From: Fibrobacteria bacterium
Lineage (GTDB): Bacteria > Fibrobacterota > Fibrobacteria > UBA11236
DNA: 64,000 bases
Direction of reading: 5' to 3'
NCBI GenBank assembly: GCA_043732185.1
Contig: JAYTHY010000046.1
Coordinates: 64,001 to 128,000 of the forward strand
In this document: piece after piece, positions 30,588 through 41,463 of the stretch
Layout of the letters: every line of letters begins with the position of its first letter
Position numbering within the stretch: the stretch's first letter is position 1
Notes under the pieces: generated by a model
What the model saw: the letters and a program-made list of their open reading frames with translations, nothing else
Told to the model about the DNA's origin: nothing
Database searches by the model: none
Position numbers and translations under genes: made by a program

Positions 30588-30683
30588 ATGCAGAATCAAC
30601 CTCCAGAATTTCCCTTCTCCCGCCAATTTATTGATAGTCAATCTAAACGCTGGGCCCGGCTAAAAAACAGCCAAGATGCGTGA
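30588..30683 (+). CDS. Possible 31-aa small ORF / leader peptide MQNQPPEFPFSRQFIDSQSKRWARLKNSQDA
   Basis: AGGAG at 30577-30581, 6 nt before ATG; downstream of the extended -10; below the ORF-track cutoff. Confidence 0.35.
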   Translation: MQNQPPEFPFSRQFIDSQSKRWARLKNSQDA

Positions 30684-30827
30684 ATCTCACTACAAAGGCG
30701 GATTTGGCGAATTGAGACTAGGGTTTCCCTTTTTTTTCGGAACTTTTGCACCCGCACTTGTAACTTTCAGCCTATATTTACCTCGCCCGCAAGGCTGTTT
30801 TAAAAATTTCTCCCAAAGGATTCCCAC

Positions 30828-33800
30828 ATGAGATCCAAATTTTCCGTATTTACCCTTTTATCCGTTTTTGTATTTCAGGCAAACCTGGATCTCATAAATG
30901 CCCAAGTTTTACCAGACTCTCTTGTACTGACGTCCAAAGTACGGGACTTTCAAGGGGGAAATGAGCCTTCCAATATCCCCTTTTACCATCACCCTGACTT
31001 CAATACCTTTTGCTGTGGAGATAGCCGTGGTGTTGTTGGCCCCAATATCCTCCTCACTGGAAAACTGGATACAGCCAATTTTCCAAATGATAACCGAAAT
31101 CCACAAATGATTAAATCCGATCCTGGATTCTTCAGTGATGTTTTCCCTTCCACCAAAAATTTTGATCAATGGTATAACGACGAAGACACAACTATCAATC
31201 GCCCTTTTTTACACGATCTAATTTTCAAGCCGGTAACGGGTCTGCCTGGGATATACAAATACGAAAGCAATAGCTTTTTCCCATTGGACGATGTCTTGAT
31301 ACCAACAATCACAAAGCCCCTGACTGAAGGAACCACAAAATGGCCAACGAAATCCTTTGGCCAGAATACGATTGGTAATACCAACCACAATTTTGGCTTT
31401 ACAATGGAATTCCATGCCACATTCACCTACCTAAAACCCATTACCGGTGTGCGTGCTCCCCAGACATTCACATTCTCAGGAGATGATGACGTCTGGGTAT
31501 TTTTCAATGGCATTCGTGGCATTGATTTAGGGGGCGTTCATCCAGCTGAATCAGCCACAATAACTTTAGATTCCGCTACCGCTGTAAACACCTTCCACAT
31601 GGTTGATAGGAAGGCCTATTTTCTGGATTTCTTTATTGCAGAAAGACACACAACTGGATCAAATTGCACCATCACTACCAGTCTACAACTGGAAACGGAA
31701 AAGGTTGCTAAACCCATTGCAGCACCATTCAACATTTTACCGACAACATTCGATGACAAAATTGTCGTCACTTTGACAGACTCTACTGTTGGCGCCATAT
31801 TGCGCTATACACTTGATGGAAGTGTCCCAACAGAATCAAGCCAAATTTACACGGATACATTGACCATTTACAACACAACCACAATTAAGGTCATTGGTTT
31901 TAAGGAGGACTGGAAGCCAAGCGAAATGCTAACTGCAGAATATGTAAAGGCAATCATTCCCTCAACTATTGAAGTGCTGAACCAAGACGGAACCCGTCTC
32001 ACAAACGGCTACCTGACCGAGCTCACTACGCCATTCTTAGTAAAGATCACCACTTCGCAAGTCAATCTCACTACCACTACCGACACGTTGAGAACCAAAA
32101 CCGGTCTTGACCTTGAAAGCCAATCGCTTTCCAACCCCACCGCGCTTACCAAGTCCATTGTCTTCCAAGGCACATCTCCGCTGGTTGTTTCTGCAACAAC
32201 CTCCGGCAACTCAATTGTAGAGGCCACCACTTACGACAGCCTAATTGTTCGTTGGGTCAACCCACTCCTTCCCAGCGATTTCGCAGTCAAAAAGGTCCTC
32301 ATCCGTCCTGCGCCAAAACAAAGCACGGTTTATTTCAGCACCTTATCCAATGGTTCAGACAGCACCAGTCTTTTCCCCTTGAACACCACTCAGGTTTTTG
32401 TGGTCGTGCGTGATCAATCTCGAAACCCACTTTTGAGTTATACTGCAGTTATCACTTCCGACAAGGACGGATTGGATAATGAAACCCTAACCTTAACTCC
32501 ATTGGCAGGTGCACCGGCTGGAACATTCATCGGTTCCATTGCCATCGACAAACTGGCTTTCAAATCTCCCGGTGACGGAAAGTTGGAAGTGTCCTTAGGA
32601 GGCGATCAGCTTCATGTGATCTATACCGATCCCGTGGATGGCGATATTGCAGAAGCCTCAGCCGGTTTTGCGGTTAGTGTGCAGGAAAGCCCTTTGGTCC
32701 AATTTACAGATGCCAGCGGTGTACCAGTGGTACTTGGCAGCTATTGGGATCCATCCAAAGGAAAACTTTTCTTTTCCTATAGCGATGATTATGCTGGCGG
32801 CAAGGTGCCCACCAAGCAAGTTTTCCTCAACTTGGTCAGTAAAAAATATGGCGTACCGATTGGAACCGATCACGAACGCATTACAGTGAATTTAACCGGT
32901 GTGCCTACCGGGTCTGGCACTCGAGCCACATGGACCGGGTCCATCAATTTAGCCGATGCATTTCCGGCAATCGATTCCAATGGCACTGCGGAAACCCATT
33001 ACTTGGGAGAAGCCACCATCACCGTTAGCGCGCATGACAATATTGGCACACCCCAATCCCTTACCGTTTCGGACTTTTTGTTGATTGCATATCCCGATGT
33101 ACCCGCCACCATCGATTGGAAACTGGCAGACCCTCTCCCCAAGAATCCCGAAGGATTGATCATTACGGTCAAGGACCAAAGCTTTACGTTGGCCCGTGAT
33201 ACTGTTCTGCTGAGCGTGGGTTGCACGAAATCAGGCGATAGCGTTTCCAGTTTCGGAGGCATCGAATCCTTACCCGGTTCAGGCATTTATACTACCGGCA
33301 CTTTGGTCAAGGATGAAGGCATTCCCAGCTTTGCTGATGTATTGCTCTCTTGCCAGACTACAGATCAAATCCGCATACGCTATGTGGATCCAGTCTATGG
33401 GATATTAAAAGAATTATTAATCGATGAAGTTGCGAAACCGGTGGCAACGCCGATTGGCCGCAAGTTCATTCTCAATGAAATGGTCACCCTAGCTTCGGCT
33501 ACTCCCGGTGCCAAAATATATTACACCCTGGACGGCAAAATACCTGTTCCAGGAGTGAGTCCGGAATTCACCGACCCCTTGCGAATCAGCGTTACCACCG
33601 TGGTTACCGCTATCGCCGTCTTTCCCGGAATGAAGGACAGCAAGGTAATGAAGGAAACCTATACTAAGCAAGTGGAACCATCACGCCTGGAAATTTTGGA
33701 TGAAAACGGCAATCAAATTACCGCGAATACACTCACCGGCGCGGCAAAAGCAATACAACTCAAATTGACCACCACACAGGACGATTTGTTCAGCGTCAAG

Positions 33801-36800
33801 GTAAACGTAAACTCCGTTTTAGCTTTGGATGCGGAATCCATCCCGATGGACAATTTTAAACCCTTGGCCAATGCCTTTGAATACACGCAAACCTTGCCAT
33901 TGGCCTCTCCTGCCACTAAGGTAGCGGGTAATTTCACCATTGAAGCCAAAGGCACGGACACGTTAATTGCTAAATGGGTCAACCCTTTCAACCCCTTGGA
34001 CTTTGCCAGCGATACAATTTTCATCAAACCCGCATTTGTTGCCGCCGAGGTCTATTTCTCCTTGACTGAAGGTGGCCCCCGCATCTCCGTGTATCCAGTC
34101 AATCAGGATAGCCTTTTCATTGTGGTAAAAACACGACCAAAGGATCCCGCCTTGGTTTACACAGTGGACGTATCATCCAGCACGCTTGGCAATGATTTGG
34201 AAACACTGGTTCTGAAGGAATTGTCACCTGGCGTCTTTTCCGCCAAAGCCCCCGTGAGCACAATCTTGGCCAAAACTCCGGGAGACAAAATTACGGAAGT
34301 CGCCGTCTCCGGAGATCAAATTAAAGCCATCTTCGTGGATCCTGTTTATAAGGATGTGTATCAAGGCGATGTCGGCTTTGCCCAGCAGGTGCAGGAAAGC
34401 GCCACCTTGGAGTTCATCGACGCCAGTGGAAATTTGGTGGCTCCCACGGATGTATGGAACCCCACTACGGGAAAAGTTTTCCTCCGCTACACGGATGATT
34501 GGAATATCGGCATTGATGCGCTTGTCAAAACTAAGATCGCCATTCTAAACCTCGTCAACAAAATTTCGGGAGTACAGGTAGGTTCGGACAGCGAGAACGT
34601 TGTACTCACCCTAAAAGCCGGCACAGTTGGTACTAAGGGTGTTTGGGAAGGATCTTTGGCACTAGTAGATAAAAATACAGCGACCAATGCCAATGGTACG
34701 TTAGAAACCTATTACCGCGGTGAGTTGACCGCCACTGTTTTTCCGCACAATAATGCAGGTGCACTAGCTGGAAGTGCTGTACAAGATCAACTACTTATTG
34801 CCTATCCCAACCAATCCGCTGCTATTGTAATCAAGGACAATGCCGGAAAAGACGTGGTCCGAGAAACCGGCAAGGTCAACGTATTAATCACGGATCAACT
34901 TTTCACAAAATCCGGAGATGCATCGATTGCTGCAACCGTAAGCTGCCTGAATTCAACGGATAATGTTTCCCATGTCACTTTGGTATGGAATGGCACTCAA
35001 TATGCCATCCAACCCCTATTGGACAAGGGCGAAACCACTGCCACCCCCAATAAAGGCGATGCCTTGCTGGAATGCCTTATCACGGATGTTCTCAAGGTTT
35101 CCTACATCGACCCAGTCTATCTCGACGAGCGGACCGCAGACGTTCGTTGGAGCGACAATACCAAAAGCCGCATGTACTATGCCTCCACCAAGGACAGCAG
35201 CGAAATTTCCTCAGTATCGGATGCCCAAGCGAAGGATTTTCTGATTGTTGTAGAAGGCGTCAGCCTCAATCGGGACAAAGTGGATACGGTCCTTGTTACA
35301 CTAACAACCGCGCAAGGTGAACTGGAAACCTTTGCCGCCGTGGAAACGGGCGTCTTGACCGGAAAATTCATCGCAAAAACTGATTTCTTGTTCCGAAGTG
35401 CAGATCCGCTCAAGGGGTCAAAAATTGTAGAAGCCAAAATTGTGATCGCGAATAGAGTGAACCAGGTATTGGTCAATGGCAGTGCCAGCGTGGGTGGTAC
35501 CAAGGTGAGTGCCGATATTTCCCTACTCTCTAGCTATAATTTGATTTCAAAAGCGTATGCCAAGGACGAGGACGAAAACGGCCGCGCCGACCATGTATAT
35601 ATCTTCCTCGACCACAAAGTAAGCCGCCTGCCCACGGCACTGGATTCCGTGTACTGGAATCAAGTGGGAAAAGCCTTCAGCCAAAAAGCCGGTTCTGATA
35701 AGATCTCCTTCTTATCGGGTTCAGATTCTTCGGTTCTAGTCCTCGACTTTACTGCTTCACAATTCGGAGCCGGACTAACCGATATCCCTGCGGGTCAATC
35801 CCCCATTGCCCTTCTACCAGATGACAATATTTTTGCCGGTCAGCGCGCAAAACTTGCGGATTCCATTGGCCCCGTTATCGTTACAGCCATCAAGAAGCCC
35901 TCTAACTTGCAGACGTACAACTATTCCGGAACTGAAAAGCGCTTCAATCCTGATACGCTAAACATTACTCTGTCGGAAAAAGTCAAAACCACCACAGCCA
36001 CCTTTAGTAAGATGCTCCGTTTCTCGAAAGGCTGCGCAGAGTATAAGGAGTCCGTGCCCTTGCAAACATTCAGTGAACCAACCGTTGAATTAGATGGCTT
36101 AACTTGGACTATTATTGTGGACAACACTCCCGATTCCCAAACGCCGTTGGTTGGCGACTGTATTTTTATGGAAGTCAATGGAACCTATGTTGACCTGCTG
36201 AACAACAAACCCGCACACCTCGGTGTGCCTTTGACAGGTGAAAACCCAAAATTGGTTATCCGCGGTTTCCGGGGCTTTCCTCCAGTAGCCGGATTGGATG
36301 CGGAAACCCCTGGATTTGTGCTGGTTACAAATGACAATCGGGTGGACAAATCGGGAACATTCAGTAATCAAGGTGCAAACGGGTCCTGGAATGTTGTTTG
36401 GATTCCGCCATTCGGGTACACGGAAAAAGACCCTGTTGGCTCACTACAGAACATTGCCAACCATTTCGGTGAGGGACAAACGCAGGGTTCCAAAGCGGAA
36501 GTCGCCACGCCCAAGGAAATGCCTAAGAACCTTAGTGCAGTGCAAGTTATTACATCGGGTGCCTATAAAGCCCAAATTCACATTTACGACAACCTTGGCC
36601 ATTTCGTGCGCTACATGGAACAAGCTTACGGTCTCAACGGGGAAGACAAAAACCCTTGGCGAGCCACGGACAAAGGCCAGTTGAGCTTTCTAATCTGGGA
36701 TCTCAAAGATGAAAATGGCCAAACAGCTGGGCAGGGTGTCTATGTCTGGAAGGTCAATTTTGCCTTTATTGAGAAGAACGTAAAATCCGAAGTGCGGTTT

Positions 36801-36833
36801 ACGCGAACCGGCGTCATGCGACCAAAGAATTAA
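30828..36833 (+). CDS. Giant secreted fibro-slime (PA14-like) protein with two CHB_HEX_C-led Ig modules and FlgD-Ig/T9SS-like C-terminus, 2001 aa
   Basis: Signal peptide; HPDF, FFPLD, HNFGFTME, FSGDDDVWVF, IDLGGVH, FIAERH; RYTLDGSVP and YYTLDGKIP; WDLKDENG..GQGVYVWKV. Confidence 0.88.
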   Translation: MRSKFSVFTLLSVFVFQANLDLINAQVLPDSLVLTSKVRDFQGGNEPSNIPFYHHPDFNTFCCGDSRGVVGPNILLTGKLDTANFPNDNRNPQMIKSDPGFFSDVFPSTKNFDQWYNDEDTTINRPFLHDLIFKPVTGLPGIYKYESNSFFPLDDVLIPTITKPLTEGTTKWPTKSFGQNTIGNTNHNFGFTMEFHATFTYLKPITGVRAPQTFTFSGDDDVWVFFNGIRGIDLGGVHPAESATITLDSATAVNTFHMVDRKAYFLDFFIAERHTTGSNCTITTSLQLETEKVAKPIAAPFNILPTTFDDKIVVTLTDSTVGAILRYTLDGSVPTESSQIYTDTLTIYNTTTIKVIGFKEDWKPSEMLTAEYVKAIIPSTIEVLNQDGTRLTNGYLTELTTPFLVKITTSQVNLTTTTDTLRTKTGLDLESQSLSNPTALTKSIVFQGTSPLVVSATTSGNSIVEATTYDSLIVRWVNPLLPSDFAVKKVLIRPAPKQSTVYFSTLSNGSDSTSLFPLNTTQVFVVVRDQSRNPLLSYTAVITSDKDGLDNETLTLTPLAGAPAGTFIGSIAIDKLAFKSPGDGKLEVSLGGDQLHVIYTDPVDGDIAEASAGFAVSVQESPLVQFTDASGVPVVLGSYWDPSKGKLFFSYSDDYAGGKVPTKQVFLNLVSKKYGVPIGTDHERITVNLTGVPTGSGTRATWTGSINLADAFPAIDSNGTAETHYLGEATITVSAHDNIGTPQSLTVSDFLLIAYPDVPATIDWKLADPLPKNPEGLIITVKDQSFTLARDTVLLSVGCTKSGDSVSSFGGIESLPGSGIYTTGTLVKDEGIPSFADVLLSCQTTDQIRIRYVDPVYGILKELLIDEVAKPVATPIGRKFILNEMVTLASATPGAKIYYTLDGKIPVPGVSPEFTDPLRISVTTVVTAIAVFPGMKDSKVMKETYTKQVEPSRLEILDENGNQITANTLTGAAKAIQLKLTTTQDDLFSVKVNVNSVLALDAESIPMDNFKPLANAFEYTQTLPLASPATKVAGNFTIEAKGTDTLIAKWVNPFNPLDFASDTIFIKPAFVAAEVYFSLTEGGPRISVYPVNQDSLFIVVKTRPKDPALVYTVDVSSSTLGNDLETLVLKELSPGVFSAKAPVSTILAKTPGDKITEVAVSGDQIKAIFVDPVYKDVYQGDVGFAQQVQESATLEFIDASGNLVAPTDVWNPTTGKVFLRYTDDWNIGIDALVKTKIAILNLVNKISGVQVGSDSENVVLTLKAGTVGTKGVWEGSLALVDKNTATNANGTLETYYRGELTATVFPHNNAGALAGSAVQDQLLIAYPNQSAAIVIKDNAGKDVVRETGKVNVLITDQLFTKSGDASIAATVSCLNSTDNVSHVTLVWNGTQYAIQPLLDKGETTATPNKGDALLECLITDVLKVSYIDPVYLDERTADVRWSDNTKSRMYYASTKDSSEISSVSDAQAKDFLIVVEGVSLNRDKVDTVLVTLTTAQGELETFAAVETGVLTGKFIAKTDFLFRSADPLKGSKIVEAKIVIANRVNQVLVNGSASVGGTKVSADISLLSSYNLISKAYAKDEDENGRADHVYIFLDHKVSRLPTALDSVYWNQVGKAFSQKAGSDKISFLSGSDSSVLVLDFTASQFGAGLTDIPAGQSPIALLPDDNIFAGQRAKLADSIGPVIVTAIKKPSNLQTYNYSGTEKRFNPDTLNITLSEKVKTTTATFSKMLRFSKGCAEYKESVPLQTFSEPTVELDGLTWTIIVDNTPDSQTPLVGDCIFMEVNGTYVDLLNNKPAHLGVPLTGENPKLVIRGFRGFPPVAGLDAETPGFVLVTNDNRVDKSGTFSNQGANGSWNVVWIPPFGYTEKDPVGSLQNIANHFGEGQTQGSKAEVATPKEMPKNLSAVQVITSGAYKAQIHIYDNLGHFVRYMEQAYGLNGEDKNPWRATDKGQLSFLIWDLKDENGQTAGQGVYVWKVNFAFIEKNVKSEVRFTRTGVMRPKN
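31698..35150 (+). repeat. Diverged internal tandem duplication of a ~575-aa module in fibro-slime gene 1
   Basis: KVAKPIAAP (~31701) vs EVAKPVATP (~33426); VQESPLVQFTDASG vs VQESATLEFIDASG; LLIAYPD vs LLIAYPN; YVDPVY vs YIDPVY; ends approximate. Confidence 0.85.
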
Positions 36834-36870
36834 GCCTAAAACGAGCCCTTTCCAGGACTCAGAAAACGCT

Positions 36871-36903
36871 AAAAAGCCGGACCGCAAGTCCGGTTTTTTT
36901 TTT
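36871..36903 (+). terminator. Rho-independent terminator
   Basis: AAAAAGCCGGAC-CGCAA-GTCCGG followed by ten T. Confidence 0.88.
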
Positions 36904-37133
36904 GCTTTTCAAAGTCAAAAGCCACTTATTGTTGGTAATCGCCCATTTTAAGCCAAAATAAGCATATGATTCCGTCTAAGCGCTTCCAAAAATGAGAGCA
37001 GTATGTTGCGTATTGGCACTCCAAAATAACCCATTTCCATTATATTCTTCTTAAATTAACAGCCCAAGGTAAGGCCGTGGAACACCTTACCGCCGCACTA
37101 TGTACACAGGACAACTTTTTCACCAAAGGATTC

Positions 37134-40100
37134 ATGATGAATTCCAGAAACGTAACAGCATTATCCATGGTTTTGGGATTTGTCCTGGCCAGCTTTGCAC
37201 CCTCCTTGGGCCAAGCACCAGCGACACTTACCTTGAAAGTAAAATTAAGGGATCTACCTGAAAGTCCATTACCCAATTTCCATCCGGATTTCAACACCTA
37301 CTGCTGTGGAACAGACGGTGGTTTTGTCGATGCGAATATTTTAACAAACGGCACTGTGGACACGACGGTTTTCAAGAATGACAATCGCAATCCAAAACTG
37401 ATTTCTGCCCTCAACGCAGGAGGCACACGTTTTTTTACCGATAACCCTCCAGGCCCAACGCCTTATTTTGACCAATGGTTCAACGACGATCCCAGCACGG
37501 ATAAAAACCGCCCATTCTTAGCGGACCTAGTCTTTAACAATATCGGTACACCCGAGGTGCCGTTGTATGAATTCAATGATCAAACCTTTTTTCCGATGGA
37601 CGATTTGGCGAGTGGGGGTCAATGGCAAAATTTACCCGGTAATACGCTATCACCCTTTGGCACCACCCCTGGCTCAAACCCTCCGCATAACTTTGGCTTC
37701 ACTATGGAACTTCACTCCGAGTTCACCTACCTTGCTGGAACCAATCAGGTATTTAATTTTACTGGTGATGACGATGTCTGGGTATTTGTCAATGGAAAGC
37801 TGATCATCGATCTTGGTGGTGTCCATAGTGCAGCTTCAAAATCTTTTACACTAGATGCAGCCACAGCCTCAGCCTATGGATTGGTGGATTATGGCAAATA
37901 TATGTTGGACTTTTTCTTTGCTGAAAGGCACGAAACGTCCTCCACTTGCAGGATCACGACCAGCATTCCACTCAGTCGGAATATTGTCGCCACGCCGGTG
38001 GCGACTCCTGGAGCCACCAAAGGCTTCCCCACGCAACTGAACGTGACCTTAGCAACGCCCACACCAGATGCAAAAATCTATTACACCACCAATGGAACCA
38101 CTCCAGATAACAACAGCACTCCCTATACTATCGGCATCCTTATCACTAGTACTACAACACTAAAGGCAATTGCTTACAAAACTGGATACATAAAGAGTGA
38201 AGTGATGACGGCGGACTATACCAAAAAGTTCGTAGCCTCCACTTTGGACATTCTGGATCAAAATGGAAACCCGTTATCAGGGGGATACATTACGGAACTC
38301 AACACATCCTATACCGTCAAAGTCACCACCACACAGGCCGGACTTACCAGTTTAAGCCCCAAGGCGAGCACCACGCCCGGAGGTTTGGACCTGGAAACTT
38401 TGGTGCTCGGCACAAAAGTGGATCAGGGTACCAGTTACCTTTTTTCCGGTACCTCTCCATTTGCCATTACCACCACCGCAATTGGCAATAACAAAACAGA
38501 GGCGAAGTTTTATGATAGCCTCATCGTACGCTGGACCGACACCACATTCGGTTCAACTGATATCGCCGAGAAGCATGTTCTTGTCAGGCCTGCCCCCGTG
38601 CAAGGCAGAGCTTACTTCTCCCACAATGCCAACGGTACGGATACAGTTGACCAGTATACTGGTACGGAAACCACTCTTTACCTCATCGTTGTTGACGAAG
38701 TTCTACCCACTACCCTTACACCTAAGGTCACCCTGGTTACTACGCCCACGCCTATTTCCGGGCACACGGCGGACAACCTGACCCTGAATCTTGTCCCCAT
38801 TGTCGGCAAACCTGGCCGCTATGTGGCCACTATACCCGTAGACATTATTCTCACCACTTCGACAGCAGATGGCAGATTGCAGCTTTTAGTTGGAGATTTC
38901 ATCAAAGCAACTTATACCGATCCGATGGATGTAGAAACTCCCGCTGTGGCCAATGCTGGCTTTGGAGTAGCTCCTGAAATCGATGCGAATCTACAGTTCA
39001 CGGATGCCTTGGGTGGCAATGTATTGCCAGCTGGGTTCCACTATAGTCCTGCCAATGGAAAGCTCTTTTTGACCTATTCCGATGACTGGGCCGGTGGTGC
39101 CATTCTTACTAAATCGGTTGCACTGACTATCGTGAATACCAATGGTGCGACAACGGGAACGCCAGATGCGGAAACATTCAATGTAACCCTCAACCTGACA
39201 AAACACACTGGCTCCACCGGCATATGGGAAGGCTCCATTACCCTTGTAGACGGACCCTCCATTACACCCGGCAATGGCAAGGCAGAAACTTACGTGTTGG
39301 GTACAGTTCACGCTGTTGTCACGTCACATACCAAAACGGCAACAGCTGGACAGTCCGTTTCTGACGACTTGCTGGTAGCCTATCCCAATCAGGATCCAGT
39401 CATCACCATTACTGGCAATGGAGGACCTGGCGCGGTCATCACCCGCACCGATGACAGCCTCAAAGTAACCATCACCGATCAAAGCATTTCTTCAGCAACT
39501 GATACGCTTTACGCAGTGCTAAGCTGTACCGAAAGCGGTGATAAAGTCAATATCCGCCTCATCGAAACCACTCCCGGTGTGTATAAATCTTCGATCATTT
39601 CCAAAAGTGAAGGCGCCTCCGTTGTGGACGGTGTGCTTCAATGCAAATCCACTGACAATATTAAAGTCACCTACACGGACCCAGCCTACGGAGATATCAA
39701 GCCGGTTTCCATCATACTGGACAACCCTGTCACTCCCAAACTGTATTTCACTACTTCGATACTTAGCGATGTACCCATCAGCTCGGTCTCTGAGAATATT
39801 ACCTCGACCTTTGTAGCCGTGCTTGTAGCGCATGATCCCGATATCAATACTGTGAACATCATACCCTTGACCTTTACCTCTATACAGGGTGAATCGGAAA
39901 CGTTCAATGCCGTGGAAACGGGACCTGCTACCGGAATATTCAAAGTGCTAGTGCCTTACGGGTTTGTAACCGGCGCCATTACTGCTAACCAAAAAGTGGA
40001 AGGCAAAATTACACCACAAGTGCTTGACAACCGTGTCAATATCACCGCTTCTGCAAATGTGGAAAGTGTGCCCGTGAAAACCGATATTGTCCTTGTAGCT

Positions 40101-41390
40101 GCGTTTGACCCGGTCAAAAAGGCGTATATCAAGGATACTGACGGAGATGGAAAGGCAGACAAGGTATTCATCGTTTTTGAAAAGAAGCTTGCCCATTTGC
40201 CTTCCACGCTAGGCTCCCAATGGAATGGCGACAGTTCGGCATTCATAGCCGTACAAGCTGGAAAACTTTCCTTCCTCCCAGGTTCCGATTCCACTATTGT
40301 GGTGGCGGATTATACTCCCAACCCATTTGGACAGGATTTGACCGCCCCTAAGGCGGGTCAGGCGCCTAAGGCCCAACTTCCTGCCGGCGACGCGCTCTTT
40401 AACGGCCAGAACCCCGTACTCGAGGATTCCATTGGACCTGTTATCATTTCTGCCTTTAAACGTCCACCCAATGTCAATGCATTGATTCCCAATGATCCCA
40501 GCTTTAATCATGACACCTTGCGCATCACTCTTTCCGAACCGCTGAGAGCCGGGGTGGATTTCAAGGACATGATTAAGTTCTCGACCACCTGCGGCGACTA
40601 TGCCAATGCGATTACCTTGGTAGCCATTAATAACCCTGTCCCCGATGCCAATGGTACCTATACAGTTATCATCGACAATTCAGTCTCTTCCTCACCACAA
40701 ACCGGAAATTGCATCTTCCTCAATGCGGACAAGGGGAAATTTACAGATCTCAAATTCAATCCCCCAGTTGTTCATGGTGTTCCGTTAGAAGGGGCTAACC
40801 GCAATCTCAATATCCAGCTCTTCCGCGGCTTCCCGCCTGTGGCAGGATTAGATGCCAACTCCTCCAATTTTCAGGTCGCCGTTCAGGACCCACATGATCC
40901 CAAACAGCTCGGTATTACGACTCCTGGCGTAGACCCGGTTACGGGAGCGCCCAATTTGCAGGTCGTTTGGATTCCACCCGCTAGTTATGCTCCCAATAAG
41001 ACCCCCCCAGGCGCCAACGTAGCCGTTCCTAGCCTGAACACCATGCCCAGCGGCAATCGGGAAACAGCAACGCCGGTACTATTGCCAGGCACGCTGAGCA
41101 CCGTGCAGGTGGTCAGTACAGCACCCTATATCGCGCATATTTCCATTTTCGACACGTATGGAAACTTCGTGTTCGCGTCCACCCAAACCTTTGGAGCCAA
41201 TGGTGAGATGCAAAACCGGGCGAGAGTCGTACCCAAGGGTTTGGTCAGTTACTTGTGGTGGGATATGAAGGATAAGAACGGCCAGCTAGCAGGCCAAGGT
41301 GTTTATGTTTGGAAAGTTCGGTTTGAATTCACAGGCGGCAAGCAAGAAATCCAGTACACACGTACCGGCATCATGCGGACCCATCGATAA
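37134..41390 (+). CDS. Fibro-slime (PA14-like) protein, paralog 2, with a single Ig module
   Basis: Same motifs (HPDFNTYCCG, FTGDDDVWVF, FFAERH, YYTTNGTTP, WDMKDKNG..GQGVYVWKV); ATG 37134/37137 preceded by CCAAAGGATTC as in paralog 1. Confidence 0.88.
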   Translation: MMNSRNVTALSMVLGFVLASFAPSLGQAPATLTLKVKLRDLPESPLPNFHPDFNTYCCGTDGGFVDANILTNGTVDTTVFKNDNRNPKLISALNAGGTRFFTDNPPGPTPYFDQWFNDDPSTDKNRPFLADLVFNNIGTPEVPLYEFNDQTFFPMDDLASGGQWQNLPGNTLSPFGTTPGSNPPHNFGFTMELHSEFTYLAGTNQVFNFTGDDDVWVFVNGKLIIDLGGVHSAASKSFTLDAATASAYGLVDYGKYMLDFFFAERHETSSTCRITTSIPLSRNIVATPVATPGATKGFPTQLNVTLATPTPDAKIYYTTNGTTPDNNSTPYTIGILITSTTTLKAIAYKTGYIKSEVMTADYTKKFVASTLDILDQNGNPLSGGYITELNTSYTVKVTTTQAGLTSLSPKASTTPGGLDLETLVLGTKVDQGTSYLFSGTSPFAITTTAIGNNKTEAKFYDSLIVRWTDTTFGSTDIAEKHVLVRPAPVQGRAYFSHNANGTDTVDQYTGTETTLYLIVVDEVLPTTLTPKVTLVTTPTPISGHTADNLTLNLVPIVGKPGRYVATIPVDIILTTSTADGRLQLLVGDFIKATYTDPMDVETPAVANAGFGVAPEIDANLQFTDALGGNVLPAGFHYSPANGKLFLTYSDDWAGGAILTKSVALTIVNTNGATTGTPDAETFNVTLNLTKHTGSTGIWEGSITLVDGPSITPGNGKAETYVLGTVHAVVTSHTKTATAGQSVSDDLLVAYPNQDPVITITGNGGPGAVITRTDDSLKVTITDQSISSATDTLYAVLSCTESGDKVNIRLIETTPGVYKSSIISKSEGASVVDGVLQCKSTDNIKVTYTDPAYGDIKPVSIILDNPVTPKLYFTTSILSDVPISSVSENITSTFVAVLVAHDPDINTVNIIPLTFTSIQGESETFNAVETGPATGIFKVLVPYGFVTGAITANQKVEGKITPQVLDNRVNITASANVESVPVKTDIVLVAAFDPVKKAYIKDTDGDGKADKVFIVFEKKLAHLPSTLGSQWNGDSSAFIAVQAGKLSFLPGSDSTIVVADYTPNPFGQDLTAPKAGQAPKAQLPAGDALFNGQNPVLEDSIGPVIISAFKRPPNVNALIPNDPSFNHDTLRITLSEPLRAGVDFKDMIKFSTTCGDYANAITLVAINNPVPDANGTYTVIIDNSVSSSPQTGNCIFLNADKGKFTDLKFNPPVVHGVPLEGANRNLNIQLFRGFPPVAGLDANSSNFQVAVQDPHDPKQLGITTPGVDPVTGAPNLQVVWIPPASYAPNKTPPGANVAVPSLNTMPSGNRETATPVLLPGTLSTVQVVSTAPYIAHISIFDTYGNFVFASTQTFGANGEMQNRARVVPKGLVSYLWWDMKDKNGQLAGQGVYVWKVRFEFTGGKQEIQYTRTGIMRTHR

Positions 41391-41431
41391 GCTTAGGTAA
41401 GCGTCCCAACAAAAATTCAAATAATTACAGC

Positions 41432-41460
41432 AAAGGCCTCCGGAAACGGAGGCCTTTTTT
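41432..41460. terminator. Rho-independent terminator between convergent genes, possibly bidirectional
   Basis: AAAGGCCTCCG-GAAA-CGGAGGCCTTTTTT. Confidence 0.9.
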
Positions 41461-41463
41461 ATG

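Noticed and set aside
37068..37091. GGTAAGG/CCTTACC hairpin in the leader of fibro-slime gene 2 as a riboswitch
   Set aside because: Single 7-bp stem with no recognisable aptamer consensus
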